Positions 28,301-36,289 of a DNA stretch of 46,476 bases are shown here, in pieces. The position numbers and the translations under genes were made by a program. The first letter of the stretch is position 1. Every line of letters starts with the position of its first letter. Under the pieces are notes generated by a model. That model was not told the origin of the DNA and made no database searches. It saw only the letters and a program-made list of their open reading frames with translations. This stretch comes from Abditibacteriaceae bacterium (GTDB taxonomy: Bacteria; Armatimonadota; Abditibacteriia; Abditibacteriales; Abditibacteriaceae), in assembly GCA_031425655.1 (NCBI GenBank), contig JANPJS010000092.1, positions 1 through 46,476 of the forward strand, read 5' to 3'.

Positions 28301-28733
28301 CGGCAAAAGCGAAGCACACCGCGTCTGGGCGCAGAAAATCCGCGACAGCGACGGCGAGGCTTTGATTCCGCCGGTTGGCTGGAAAGACAAATGGATGGTC
28401 GGCGAATATCAAAAATGGCTCAAAATCGAAACCGCGCCCGGCACGCCGATGACGTGGGTTTTGTATCCCAAAAAACAGGGAGAAGCCGAGCCGCAATTTG
28501 AAACCCTCGAAGACGGGCGCGGCGTGCGCGTCCAATTGGGCGACGAAACCGACGAAGTTTTTCTGAGCACGCAATGGCCGGCGGGCGCGAAAACCCCCGG
28601 TCAAGCATGGATTACTCAAAACGGCAAGATGACAAGTTTGCTTGCCGGCAACACGTTGCCGCCTTTGGGCGAAATCAAAAACGACGCCGGTTTATCGAGC
28701 CGCATCGTAGACGATGCCGCACCGATCAAATGA
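25398..28733 (+). CDS. Large secreted protein, heparinase II/III-like polysaccharide lyase candidate
   Basis: Signal peptide MKLCNHF...AAHA; NPNFHTD; G.GYECPGY; FKAGPAQGHYHNDELSYHFY and HNSMTF resemble the heparinase II/III C-terminal domain. Confidence 0.6.
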   Translation: MKLCNHFHIFALGATLFFSIGAAHAAPITRSISNPLKLHWPHELVHFDVPATGVSDEMSVQIGEETRPAQVEKLEGGKARIWFIASLKGGNDAPKEQAVTLVAGKNASPLKISRGENWITIDNGVSQFRVPDFASRADFKARPLKEMPTVLGGIKGQNETGAFYGKSWFESENIVTSARTEILASGPVFVTVRVTYNFAPPQGAKPGTDYSYQATLRFVSGDAWIDVSEKYNLPTDAHYWLELKDGLEPDTVMFVPWFSYEAFGGNVDMQFTKLEPRAKQRGPFVAMRPRWNQMPGGGQDFFVTRGGPSPYRAKDGPLVTPPNYSATAPAVGIIATNPMKWLDPYAQTINAYAENGTTARLKFPLKSGARSYAIVVGPRGQLDDTGKINSLVRRHTDWTLDDQINKYVLEWPRNPDKAGPHIFITRADLKRLQDDFKSGKDTPEMRVLKEFVAKKDSLKGADKDLLNLITGEPAKKPNLPSAELWLQRRYQDDFLNPTGQTRKVSMALADLFSGGQPIGGASQAALGYIFSDLNQWPGYENGWGPGNPNFHTDKYMVAIMAGAAMLDHPDSSKWLAYGKKNFDEDQKKVLLAPSGVGYECPGYAGYSLGLQMEIAEVFKNTGYGNPVVENPLYKKTGIWHRHLLTPLDVRLGLRHEAPIGDTHRWNSGAQESFGRLAKFYKEADPAFAGEMMGTYKLLRDQGLRGSLRSDLIGVDWSVAPTPLEKMDWGSGEFYGFGSIMRSNFNTPRETFVSFKAGPAQGHYHNDELSYHFYGQNTPLSLDYNCSYHPRGDHAALHNSMTFGITKPFTHAGDAKAVEAMEQIGGTARVGAWKSSAVADLVVAERTSESLTLSPIYPDDAKFQYPYPARKAPVPITHRRFLALVKHAPGSKLADYLVVRDETRSADRQQLNIHLLARDAKRDGQIIRATGQWNTDALVYLANPKVEKVDVGRWYYFDEYMSGPGQYGDGKSEAHRVWAQKIRDSDGEALIPPVGWKDKWMVGEYQKWLKIETAPGTPMTWVLYPKKQGEAEPQFETLEDGRGVRVQLGDETDEVFLSTQWPAGAKTPGQAWITQNGKMTSLLAGNTLPPLGEIKNDAGLSSRIVDDAAPIK

Positions 28734-28747
28734 CTTTGGAGAAGAGT

Positions 28748-29614
28748 ATGAAATACTTACTTCCCGTTTTAAGCGCGCTGCTTTTGTCATGCGGCGGCAT
28801 GGCCCAAGCGCAAGAACCGGCGTCGGAGGCTGCGAAGATTGAAAAGGACGCGCAAAGCATCAATCCCGGCATTGTGTCCTACACGGTTTCGAGCGGTTAC
28901 CAGAAAGGCCCGAACGCGCTTGAGGTTTTGCTACCCGACAATTTTTCGCGCGACAAAAAATATGCGGTGATCTACGTTTTGCCGGTGAATACAGGAACCA
29001 AAGGCAACTGGGGCAGCGGTATTGTCGAGATGCAGAAAGCGAATTTGCAGAACACCTATGGCGTGATCGTGGTCGCGCCCGCTTTCGATACCGAGCCGTG
29101 GTATGGCGACAATCCTGCTGCGCCCAAAGTGCGCCAATCGGCTTATGTGCTTGATGTGGTGATTCCCTTCATTGACCGCGAATATCCAACCGTCGCCGAA
29201 GGCAAAGGGCGCATGGTGCTTGGTTTCAGTAAGTCGGGGCTGGGCGCGATGAGTTTGTTTTTGCGCAACTTGGAGATTTTCGGCAAAGTTGCGGTCTTCG
29301 ATGCGGCCACCGGGCCGGACAGTCAGGAGATTTTCAAGACGTGGGGCTTCGCTGAATCGTATGGCTCACGCGAAAATTTCGACAAATACGATCCGATGCT
29401 TTTGCTGGGAAAAGCCGCGCCGAAACTCAAGGGCGGCCCGCGCCGTATCGTCATGATGGCGGGCGGCCCCGGATCGCGTTTGGGCGTGGACATGATGCAA
29501 ACGCGAATGCGCGACGGCGGCATTCCCTTCGTTTACGTTCTCGGCTCGAATATGGGCCACAGTTGGAACACCGGATGGCTGCCCCTCGCCGTCGCCGCGC
29601 TGATGAGCCTATAG
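28748..29614 (+). CDS. Secreted alpha/beta-hydrolase (putative esterase)
   Basis: Signal peptide; EVLLPD...KKYAVIYVLP; VIPFIDREYP; nucleophile elbow GFSKSG; C-terminal HSW. Alternative start at 28730. Confidence 0.8.
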   Translation: MKYLLPVLSALLLSCGGMAQAQEPASEAAKIEKDAQSINPGIVSYTVSSGYQKGPNALEVLLPDNFSRDKKYAVIYVLPVNTGTKGNWGSGIVEMQKANLQNTYGVIVVAPAFDTEPWYGDNPAAPKVRQSAYVLDVVIPFIDREYPTVAEGKGRMVLGFSKSGLGAMSLFLRNLEIFGKVAVFDAATGPDSQEIFKTWGFAESYGSRENFDKYDPMLLLGKAAPKLKGGPRRIVMMAGGPGSRLGVDMMQTRMRDGGIPFVYVLGSNMGHSWNTGWLPLAVAALMSL

Positions 29615-29653
29615 CTGCCCAATCGAAAAGAATTTAAACGTCGCCAAGAACTT

Positions 29654-30601
29654 ATGCAGACTTCGAATCCTGTGTCCTCGCCGCGCGAACTGGAAATTCA
29701 AGCCGAACAATTTCGGCGCGATGGATTTCTCATTGTGCGCGGCGCTTTGCAACCAACCGAGTTGGAACGCTTGCGCGAATTGGCGCGCGGCATTCAGGAA
29801 AAAACGCGGCGCACTTTGCCCAAAGGCACGCGCTTTTGGAGCGGCAGAGAAGATAACCGCGCCGTTATTTCCCCGGAGCTTCAGCCGATGGCGACTTGGG
29901 GCGTTAATGAAATCACGCGTCCCGAACTTTTGCAATGGGAACTGGTAAACGTGTTGGGCCACCCTGTCGTGGATGCCGTGACGCAAGCTTTGCTGGGGCC
30001 GGAGCCGCGCGCGTGGGGCATCAAATTGTTATGGACGCCCAAAGTTGTCGGCTACGATTTGGAGTGGCACCGCGATCAACTTGGGCAGGATTTCTACGAT
30101 TGGATTCACTTCAAGCCCGCCGCGCAGGATCACGTTCAATACAACGCGGCCTTGAATGAAGACGATTGCTTCATCGTCGTGCCCGGCTCGCATCGCCGCG
30201 CCCTAAGCGAAGCGGAATGGGACGCGATTCGCCATGAGCCAACGCGCGATTTGCCCGGTCAGATCGTGGCGGCGTTGGAGCCGGGCGATGTTTTGTTCAT
30301 GGATGCGCACGCTTTGCATCGAGGTCGCTCGGATGTGAATCGTGACCGCCTGACTTTGCATTATTCGGCGCAGGCGCAATGGGTTCCACTTAAGCCGTGG
30401 GGTCAGGAAGAGCATTTCGCGTGGATTAATTCGGACGAATTCATCCATCAATTGTCACCGGCCACGCGCCCTTATTACGAACGCTTGAAGACGGCCCGGC
30501 GCACCGATGATGCGATGGAATTCGTGAAGCAAATCGCCGCCGAACACGGCTGGAAACGCCCCATCGAAAACCAGGCCGCGTCTCGCGCAAGCGCCGGATA
30601 A
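29654..30601 (+). CDS. Phytanoyl-CoA dioxygenase (PhyH) family Fe(II)/2OG enzyme
   Basis: FRRDGFLIV, WHRD, VVPGSH, LEPGDVLF....LHRG, RLTLH. Confidence 0.88.
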   Translation: MQTSNPVSSPRELEIQAEQFRRDGFLIVRGALQPTELERLRELARGIQEKTRRTLPKGTRFWSGREDNRAVISPELQPMATWGVNEITRPELLQWELVNVLGHPVVDAVTQALLGPEPRAWGIKLLWTPKVVGYDLEWHRDQLGQDFYDWIHFKPAAQDHVQYNAALNEDDCFIVVPGSHRRALSEAEWDAIRHEPTRDLPGQIVAALEPGDVLFMDAHALHRGRSDVNRDRLTLHYSAQAQWVPLKPWGQEEHFAWINSDEFIHQLSPATRPYYERLKTARRTDDAMEFVKQIAAEHGWKRPIENQAASRASAG

Positions 30602-30701
30602 AAACAGGAAGCCACAACCCATAGCGGCGTTAAATGGATTTGCGATTTGGGATGTTCATGCACTTCCTGAACGCGCCCTCGTTTTGAGAATGCCCTTTTC
30701 C

Positions 30702-30922
30702 CGAATCGCAGATGACCCCATAAATTCGGCTGCAAGTGCGCTTCGACGGCTTCGTCGGCGGTGCCCGTAGCGAAAGCGCTCGCCTGATGCCACATTGCAA
30801 GGCAGGGCAAGTTCTAATGCGATTGTCCAGACATCGCAGGGCAGGCGATGCTTAGTCCATTCGCGCGCGGCTATACTGCCTCGAAAGTTGTAGAAATCCG
30901 GCGCGATCATGCAAAAAAACTC
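30702..30922 (+). repeat. Left copy of the direct repeat (blocks A and B) flanking the DUF559 gene
   Basis: Block A 30702-30787 matches 31909-31985; block B 30831-30922 matches 32066-32157 at 89/92 positions. Confidence 0.9.
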
Positions 30923-31010
30923 CTCCTACTGGTGCGGCAACGATTCTCAAATAGGCTTTAAAGATCATTGGCGGCGCCCGTAGGGAAAGTATTCTCCCTA
31001 TGGCTGCGTT

Positions 31011-31850
31011 TTAACGGAATGGAGCAAAGAGGCTGAGTTGTTGGTAGCCGTCGGCGCCGGAGGCGGCCCACTGCTGCCCTCCACATGCGGTCATCAGGCC
31101 GCCGCGTTGGTTGATGGTTTCTCGAACTTTGTGCATACAATCAGGCAAGTTATCGTGCAGTGCGCGGCTGTTGAAGCGCAAAACGGCCCAGCCTTGCGTG
31201 GTCAGCGCATTGTCGCGCGCATTATCGGCGGGGATACGGTCGCGTTGGGCGTGCCATGTGTCACCATCGCATTCAACATCAATGGCGCCTTGACCACAAA
31301 AAAGCGCAAAGTCAAGGCAGTATGTCGCTTTGCCGGCTTTGAGATAATATTGCCGCTCCGCTTCGATACTCTGGGTTTTGAAGGCTTCCCATAATTCATC
31401 TTCCAACGGGCTTTCGTGAAAAAGATCGTTGATTTCCAATGCGTTCTGAAACTTTTTCAGGGTAGTCGGGATGAAAACGATACGCCGTCCCCGCGCGCTG
31501 AAAATTGGCCGGGACAGCTTTTTCAATTCGCCCAGTTCCAAACAATAATAGTCGGCATCAGCGCGAGCGTGACCGGGCTGGTTGGGAAATAAGTCGCGGC
31601 GCTTAACAATGCGGCGCCCTTTGATTTCCGTCCAGTAATTTATGGCCCATCCTTCGTCCCCGAAGATTTTGGTCTGATAGAAAGCGATATGGTGCGCCAC
31701 CACTGCACTTGGCGCACTTTTGACGGGAATGCGATACCAATGCTCATCACGTGCAATGGCAAAGTCGCGTTTGTTGTTCATCAGCGCGACCAAAACCTGT
31801 TGCGCGGGCGGCACTTGATAAGGAGCGAAACGCGGGCCTCTGGTCTTCAT
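31011..31850 (-). CDS. DUF559 (Vsr-like) endonuclease with an N-terminal WYRIP (PUA/EVE-like) domain
   Basis: ESPLEDELW..., YCLDFA...IDVECDGDTWH, DNARDNAL...GWAVLRF; GAGGAG RBS; TATACT -10 at 31887-31892. Confidence 0.88.
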   Translation of the reverse strand: MKTRGPRFAPYQVPPAQQVLVALMNNKRDFAIARDEHWYRIPVKSAPSAVVAHHIAFYQTKIFGDEGWAINYWTEIKGRRIVKRRDLFPNQPGHARADADYYCLELGELKKLSRPIFSARGRRIVFIPTTLKKFQNALEINDLFHESPLEDELWEAFKTQSIEAERQYYLKAGKATYCLDFALFCGQGAIDVECDGDTWHAQRDRIPADNARDNALTTQGWAVLRFNSRALHDNLPDCMHKVRETINQRGGLMTACGGQQWAASGADGYQQLSLFAPFR

Positions 31851-31908
31851 GCTTTCTCCTCACAAGTATTCGTGCTGCGTGCTTTCAGTATAGAACCGTT
31901 TCACTCGT

Positions 31909-32157
31909 CGAATCGCAGATGACCCCATAAATGCGGCTCAAGGTGCGCTTCGTCGGCGGTGCCGGCGGCGAAAGCATTTGCCTGAAACTGGTTAGTTAAG
32001 GCACCGAGAGTTTAACCGTCCGCTTTTTGGTTAGCTGAGAGCGCGGTTCTCGTCACCATCATGCCACATCGCAGGGCAGGCGATGCTTAGTCCATTCGCG
32101 CGCGGCTATACTGCCTCGAAAGCCGTAGAAATTCGGCGCGATCATGCAAAAAAACTC
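31909..32157 (+). repeat. Right copy of the direct repeat (blocks A and B) with an interposed block C
   Basis: Matches 30702-30922; block C 31998-32035 matches 25088-25124. Confidence 0.9.
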
Positions 32158-32449
32158 AAGTCCCATCTGGGAAACCATCGTGATGTGCGGCAGTTTTGTG
32201 CTGCTGTGGGGCTGGTTTCTGGCCCAAAAAGCCGCCGAGCGCGATCACGCGCCGCTGCCGATTTTCTGGCACGCCGCGCTGATTTTAGCGCTTGGTTTGC
32301 TCGCTTTTATCACAGTTCGGCGCGTCAAGCGTGTGCAGCGCGCCTTGCGCGGCGAAGACGAAGACGGCAACGCCACGCCGATATATCCCATGTTCGGCAC
32401 GCCGCCGCCCAATAAATCCAACGACTCAAAAGGAAAGCCTCGCCCATGA
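32144..32449 (+). CDS. Small two-TM membrane protein
   Basis: Two hydrophobic helices and a basic tail; TATACT at 32107-32112; ATGA overlap with the next gene. Confidence 0.75.
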   Translation: MQKNSSPIWETIVMCGSFVLLWGWFLAQKAAERDHAPLPIFWHAALILALGLLAFITVRRVKRVQRALRGEDEDGNATPIYPMFGTPPPNKSNDSKGKPRP

Positions 32450-33525
32450 AACAACGCTGTTTAATGATCGGCGCCGGAGGCATGGCGCGGGGCTGTATTC
32501 AAAACTTCTGGACGCCGTTTCGAGATAGCATGGAGTTCGCCGGCCTCGTGGATGTCAACCGCGCGGCGCTGGACGAAATGGGCGATTTTCTCGGTTTGCC
32601 CGCGACGGCGCGGTTTACCGACACGCGCGAAGCCTTCGCGCAAAGCGAAGCCGATTTTTGCTGCATCGTGACGCCGCCACAGTTCCATCAGGAAGCCGTC
32701 GAATTGGCCTGCGCGCGGGGTATGGACATTCTTTCCGAAAAGCCGATTTCCGATAGTTGGGACGGTTGCCGCGCGATTTATAAAGCCGTGCATCAAGCCG
32801 GCGTCAAGATGATGGTGACGCAAAATTACCGCTACAACCCGACGATGCTCACGCTGAAAAAGGCCATCGCCGAGCTTGGCGCTGTGAATTACGTCGTGGC
32901 GCGCTACGCCGAAGATTACCGTGTGCGCGGCGCGTGGGGCGCGGCTTTTCGCCACCAAATTCCGCATTCGCTGCTTGTCGAAGGCGCGATTCATCATTTC
33001 GATCAGATTCGCAATCTTTCCGATGCCAATTGCCGTTTCGTGACGGGTTTCGAGTGGCATCCCGGCCACACGCGCGGCGACGACGCGAAATGGAAGGGCA
33101 GCGATTCGTTCGACGGCGAGCCGTGCGGCCTTTTCGTGATGGAAATGGAAAGCGGCAGCTTTGCCCAATACGAAGGAAATAATCTGGCGACCGGTAAGGT
33201 CAACGGCTGGCATCACGAATACTATCGCGTGGAATGCGAAGGCGGCGTGGCCATTTTAGATAGCGACCTCGTCGTGCGCGTTGACAAGCGCGGCGCCAAA
33301 AACATGGTGATTTCGCATGAAGTGCCACTCGAAACGCCGCGTTTTGTAGGCCATTTGCAAATGCCGGCGCAGTTTCTCGACTGGCGCGACGGCGGCCCGA
33401 TTCCTCCGACTGCGCTGGGCGACAACATTCAATCGAGCGCGCTCACCTTCGCCGCGATTGAAGCCAGCGAAACGCGCCGCGCCGTGGACGTGCAGCAAAT
33501 GGTGCGCGAAGCGATTCAAAATTAA
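32446..33525 (+). CDS. Gfo/Idh/MocA family oxidoreductase
   Basis: IGAGGMA, IVTPPQFH, ILSEKPI, QNYRY, EGAIHHFD. Confidence 0.92.
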   Translation: MKQRCLMIGAGGMARGCIQNFWTPFRDSMEFAGLVDVNRAALDEMGDFLGLPATARFTDTREAFAQSEADFCCIVTPPQFHQEAVELACARGMDILSEKPISDSWDGCRAIYKAVHQAGVKMMVTQNYRYNPTMLTLKKAIAELGAVNYVVARYAEDYRVRGAWGAAFRHQIPHSLLVEGAIHHFDQIRNLSDANCRFVTGFEWHPGHTRGDDAKWKGSDSFDGEPCGLFVMEMESGSFAQYEGNNLATGKVNGWHHEYYRVECEGGVAILDSDLVVRVDKRGAKNMVISHEVPLETPRFVGHLQMPAQFLDWRDGGPIPPTALGDNIQSSALTFAAIEASETRRAVDVQQMVREAIQN

Positions 33526-33625
33526 AAATGCAAAGTGAAAAATGTAAAAAGAAGCGCGCAATTTCATTTTCGACGCCTTCGCTATCGCTGATGATTTTTG
33601 CATTTTTAACTTTGCATTTTGCATT
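33514..33625. repeat. Inverted heptamer array (atgcaaa family) spanning a stop codon, a start codon and a signal peptide
   Basis: attcaaa attaaaa atgcaaa gtgaaaa atgtaaa ... ttttgca tttttaa ctttgca ttttgca. Confidence 0.8.
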
Positions 33626-34187
33626 GGCTTCCGCCGCTCCCATCACGCAAATGCGCGATCTCGATGGCGATGGCAAAATCGAAAAATTGGTGCTTGATCC
33701 CACGCAAAGCTCGACTTTAACGGTCTGGCGCGGCGGCAAAAAAGTGTGGCAGGGCATTCCAAAACGCTATGCTCCGTGGAAGCTAACAACCGGCGACGTG
33801 GACGGCGACGGCAAAATCGAAATCGCGCTGGGCGTGCATAAAGCAACGCGATTTTTCCCCAAGCCGCATAATTGCTGCTTCGTGTGGGGTTGGGATGGCC
33901 GGCGCGCTTATAAAAAATGGCTCGGTTCGGCGTTGTCGAAGCCGTTTTCCGATTTCGCGTTCGGTAATCTCGATTCCGACCGCGCCGATGAACTGATTGC
34001 TCTGGCCACGCGCCGCGACGGTAAAAAGTGCGTCGTCGTTTACTCGTGGAACGGCTTCGGCTTCGATGCCGATTGGGAAAGCGGCGCGTGGAACGGGGCG
34101 CGCTTGATTGGTGTAGAAAAGGGAAAACTCATCGTGGTCGCAGATGGTCGTCGTGTTGTGGTTACGCCTCAGGAGAAAACGCCATGA
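33528..34187 (+). CDS. Secreted protein with DxDGDG (FG-GAP-like) motifs
   Basis: DLDGDGKIE, GDVDGDGKIEI, KKWLGSALS, YSWNGFGF; signal peptide. Confidence 0.78.
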   Translation: MQSEKCKKKRAISFSTPSLSLMIFAFLTLHFALASAAPITQMRDLDGDGKIEKLVLDPTQSSTLTVWRGGKKVWQGIPKRYAPWKLTTGDVDGDGKIEIALGVHKATRFFPKPHNCCFVWGWDGRRAYKKWLGSALSKPFSDFAFGNLDSDRADELIALATRRDGKKCVVVYSWNGFGFDADWESGAWNGARLIGVEKGKLIVVADGRRVVVTPQEKTP

Positions 34188-36289
34188 AATGCTTTACGCC
34201 TTTATTAGTCGTAGCTCTGGCCGGCGGCGCGGGCGCTCAAAGCGCGCGATTGCAGCCTTATAAAGTCGCGCCGAAATTGAAAAACGTCGCCAATTACGCC
34301 GATTTTAAGAAAAAAGCGAAGCTTTTGCCCGCGCACGAAACCATGCTCGTGAAAAATGGCTTCGCCGCGCGTCCCGGCCAAATGCGCCAGCTTTTTCACA
34401 TCTATGAAAACAACGATTACCAAAACCTGCCGTCTTTCGTGACGACCGACACGGTTTTGCAGCTTTATCACATCTTTTTCGATTACACGCTGCGCACGGC
34501 GGAAAAAGAGTCGTTTTTGCCGGCACTGAAAAAATTGACGACGGGAATGCTGGCGGGCAGCATTACGCAGTGGAAAAGTGCGAATGACGCGAAAATCAAA
34601 GCGGCGGCGCTGAAAAACGTGGCCTTTTTCGCCGTCGCCGACCGATTGCTCGGACAAAGCGGCGCCGCGCCCGACGAAGCCTTAGCTTTGGCACGCCGCG
34701 AACTTGATTTAATCTCCAAACACGGCGGTTTTGCGAATGGCGCGATTTTCCCGTATCGCATTGATTATTCGCAGTTCGTGCCGCGCGGCCACTACACACG
34801 CAGCCCCGAATTGCGGCGCTTCTTCGGCGCGATGATGTGGTATGGATTGGCGCCTTTCAATTTGCGCGACGATGGCAAAAAATGGCTGCCTGAGCAAATC
34901 CGGCAGGGCGCATTGTTGGCGCGCACGCTGCGCGAAAGCAAACTCGACGCGGCCTGGCAGACCATTTATGAGCCGACCGTGTTTTTTGTGGGCGCTGCGG
35001 ATGACCTGTCGCCCGGCGATTCGCTGCGCGCTTGGGACGAAGTTTTCGGCGCGAACGCGAGCCTCGAATCTTTAGCCGACGACGCCAAACTGCTGGCTTA
35101 CGCCGCCGCGCTGGAAAAGCGCAATCGCTCGAAGATTCATCCTGATTTCGGCTTGCTCGGCAATGTGCCCAAAGGCACGCCGAACATGATTAAAGGCCCG
35201 TTTTCGGTCGGCGCGCAAGTGCGTTTCATGGGTCAGCGTTATATTCCCGACAGCGAGATTTTACAGCGTCTTTCCAAACCGATGGTGCGCGTTTTTCCAT
35301 CCGGGCTTGATGTGATGAGCGTTTTGGGAAACAAGCGCGCCACGCAGATTCTCGATGCGTATCCGCAAATTTACAACGCGGGAAAGTGGGATGCTTACCA
35401 AAGCACGCGCGCCAAATTAACCAGCGAATTTGCCAAAAGGCCGCGCGCGACGTGGTCGTCGAACCTTTATTACGGTTGGTTGGATGCGCTGCGCATTCTT
35501 CAGCAAACGCCCGCGCCGGGCTATCCGTCGTTCATGCGCAACACGGCGTGGCAGGATAAAACGCTGCACACCGCGCTCGCTTCGTGGGCCGAATTGCGCC
35601 ACGACACCATTCTTTACGGCAAGCAAAGCGTGGTGCAATGCGGCGATGGCAGCCCCGAACCACCGTTCGTAAAAGGCTATGTTGAGCCGAATCCGCAGTT
35701 TTACGGGCGCCTTTTGCAACTCACGCTCGATTCGCGGCGCGGCTTGCAATCGCGCAAATTGCTGCCCGAAGTGCTGACGCAAAAGTTCGAGGAATTCGAA
35801 AATTTGCTGACTTTTCTCAAGCGCGTTTCCGAAAAAGAACTGCGCGGCGAAAAGCTGACGCGCGACGAATATCTGGAAATTCGCTACTTGGGCGGCAAAC
35901 TGGAATACATGACGGTTTCCGTCGTGACCAGCGACACCGGCGGCCCGGCGACGTGGGAATTACTCAGCGAAACCGAGCGCGACATGGCCGTTGTTGCCGA
36001 TGTGCATACCGGCGGCGGAATGGCGCTGGAAGAAGGCGTCGGGCACGCGATGGAAATCTACGTCGTGGTGCCGATTGAAGGCAAATTGTCGCTCACGCGC
36101 GGCGCGGCGTTCTCGTATTTCGAGTTCAAGCATCCCATCAGCGACCGCCTGACCGACGAAAAATGGCAATCGCTGCTCAAAGCTGGCAAAGCTCCCGCGC
36201 CGCCGGTCTGGACGAAATCGTTTATCGTGCCCGGTCCGGCGCGCAAAATCCCGCCGTCGGAATTGGAAACTTACAACAGCGGATGCTGA
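34184..36289 (+). CDS. DUF3160 domain-containing secreted protein
   Basis: IDYSQFVPRGHYT, MMWYG, ALASWAELRHDTILYGKQS, GYVEPNP, RLTDEKWQ. Start moved to ATG 34184 (AGGAG RBS). Confidence 0.88.
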   Translation: MKCFTPLLVVALAGGAGAQSARLQPYKVAPKLKNVANYADFKKKAKLLPAHETMLVKNGFAARPGQMRQLFHIYENNDYQNLPSFVTTDTVLQLYHIFFDYTLRTAEKESFLPALKKLTTGMLAGSITQWKSANDAKIKAAALKNVAFFAVADRLLGQSGAAPDEALALARRELDLISKHGGFANGAIFPYRIDYSQFVPRGHYTRSPELRRFFGAMMWYGLAPFNLRDDGKKWLPEQIRQGALLARTLRESKLDAAWQTIYEPTVFFVGAADDLSPGDSLRAWDEVFGANASLESLADDAKLLAYAAALEKRNRSKIHPDFGLLGNVPKGTPNMIKGPFSVGAQVRFMGQRYIPDSEILQRLSKPMVRVFPSGLDVMSVLGNKRATQILDAYPQIYNAGKWDAYQSTRAKLTSEFAKRPRATWSSNLYYGWLDALRILQQTPAPGYPSFMRNTAWQDKTLHTALASWAELRHDTILYGKQSVVQCGDGSPEPPFVKGYVEPNPQFYGRLLQLTLDSRRGLQSRKLLPEVLTQKFEEFENLLTFLKRVSEKELRGEKLTRDEYLEIRYLGGKLEYMTVSVVTSDTGGPATWELLSETERDMAVVADVHTGGGMALEEGVGHAMEIYVVVPIEGKLSLTRGAAFSYFEFKHPISDRLTDEKWQSLLKAGKAPAPPVWTKSFIVPGPARKIPPSELETYNSGC

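Noticed and set aside
30831..32157. B-block pair as DGR TR/VR, or as attL/attR of a prophage
   Set aside because: The three mismatches are C/T changes in non-coding DNA with no variable ORF, and there is no RT, integrase or phage gene.
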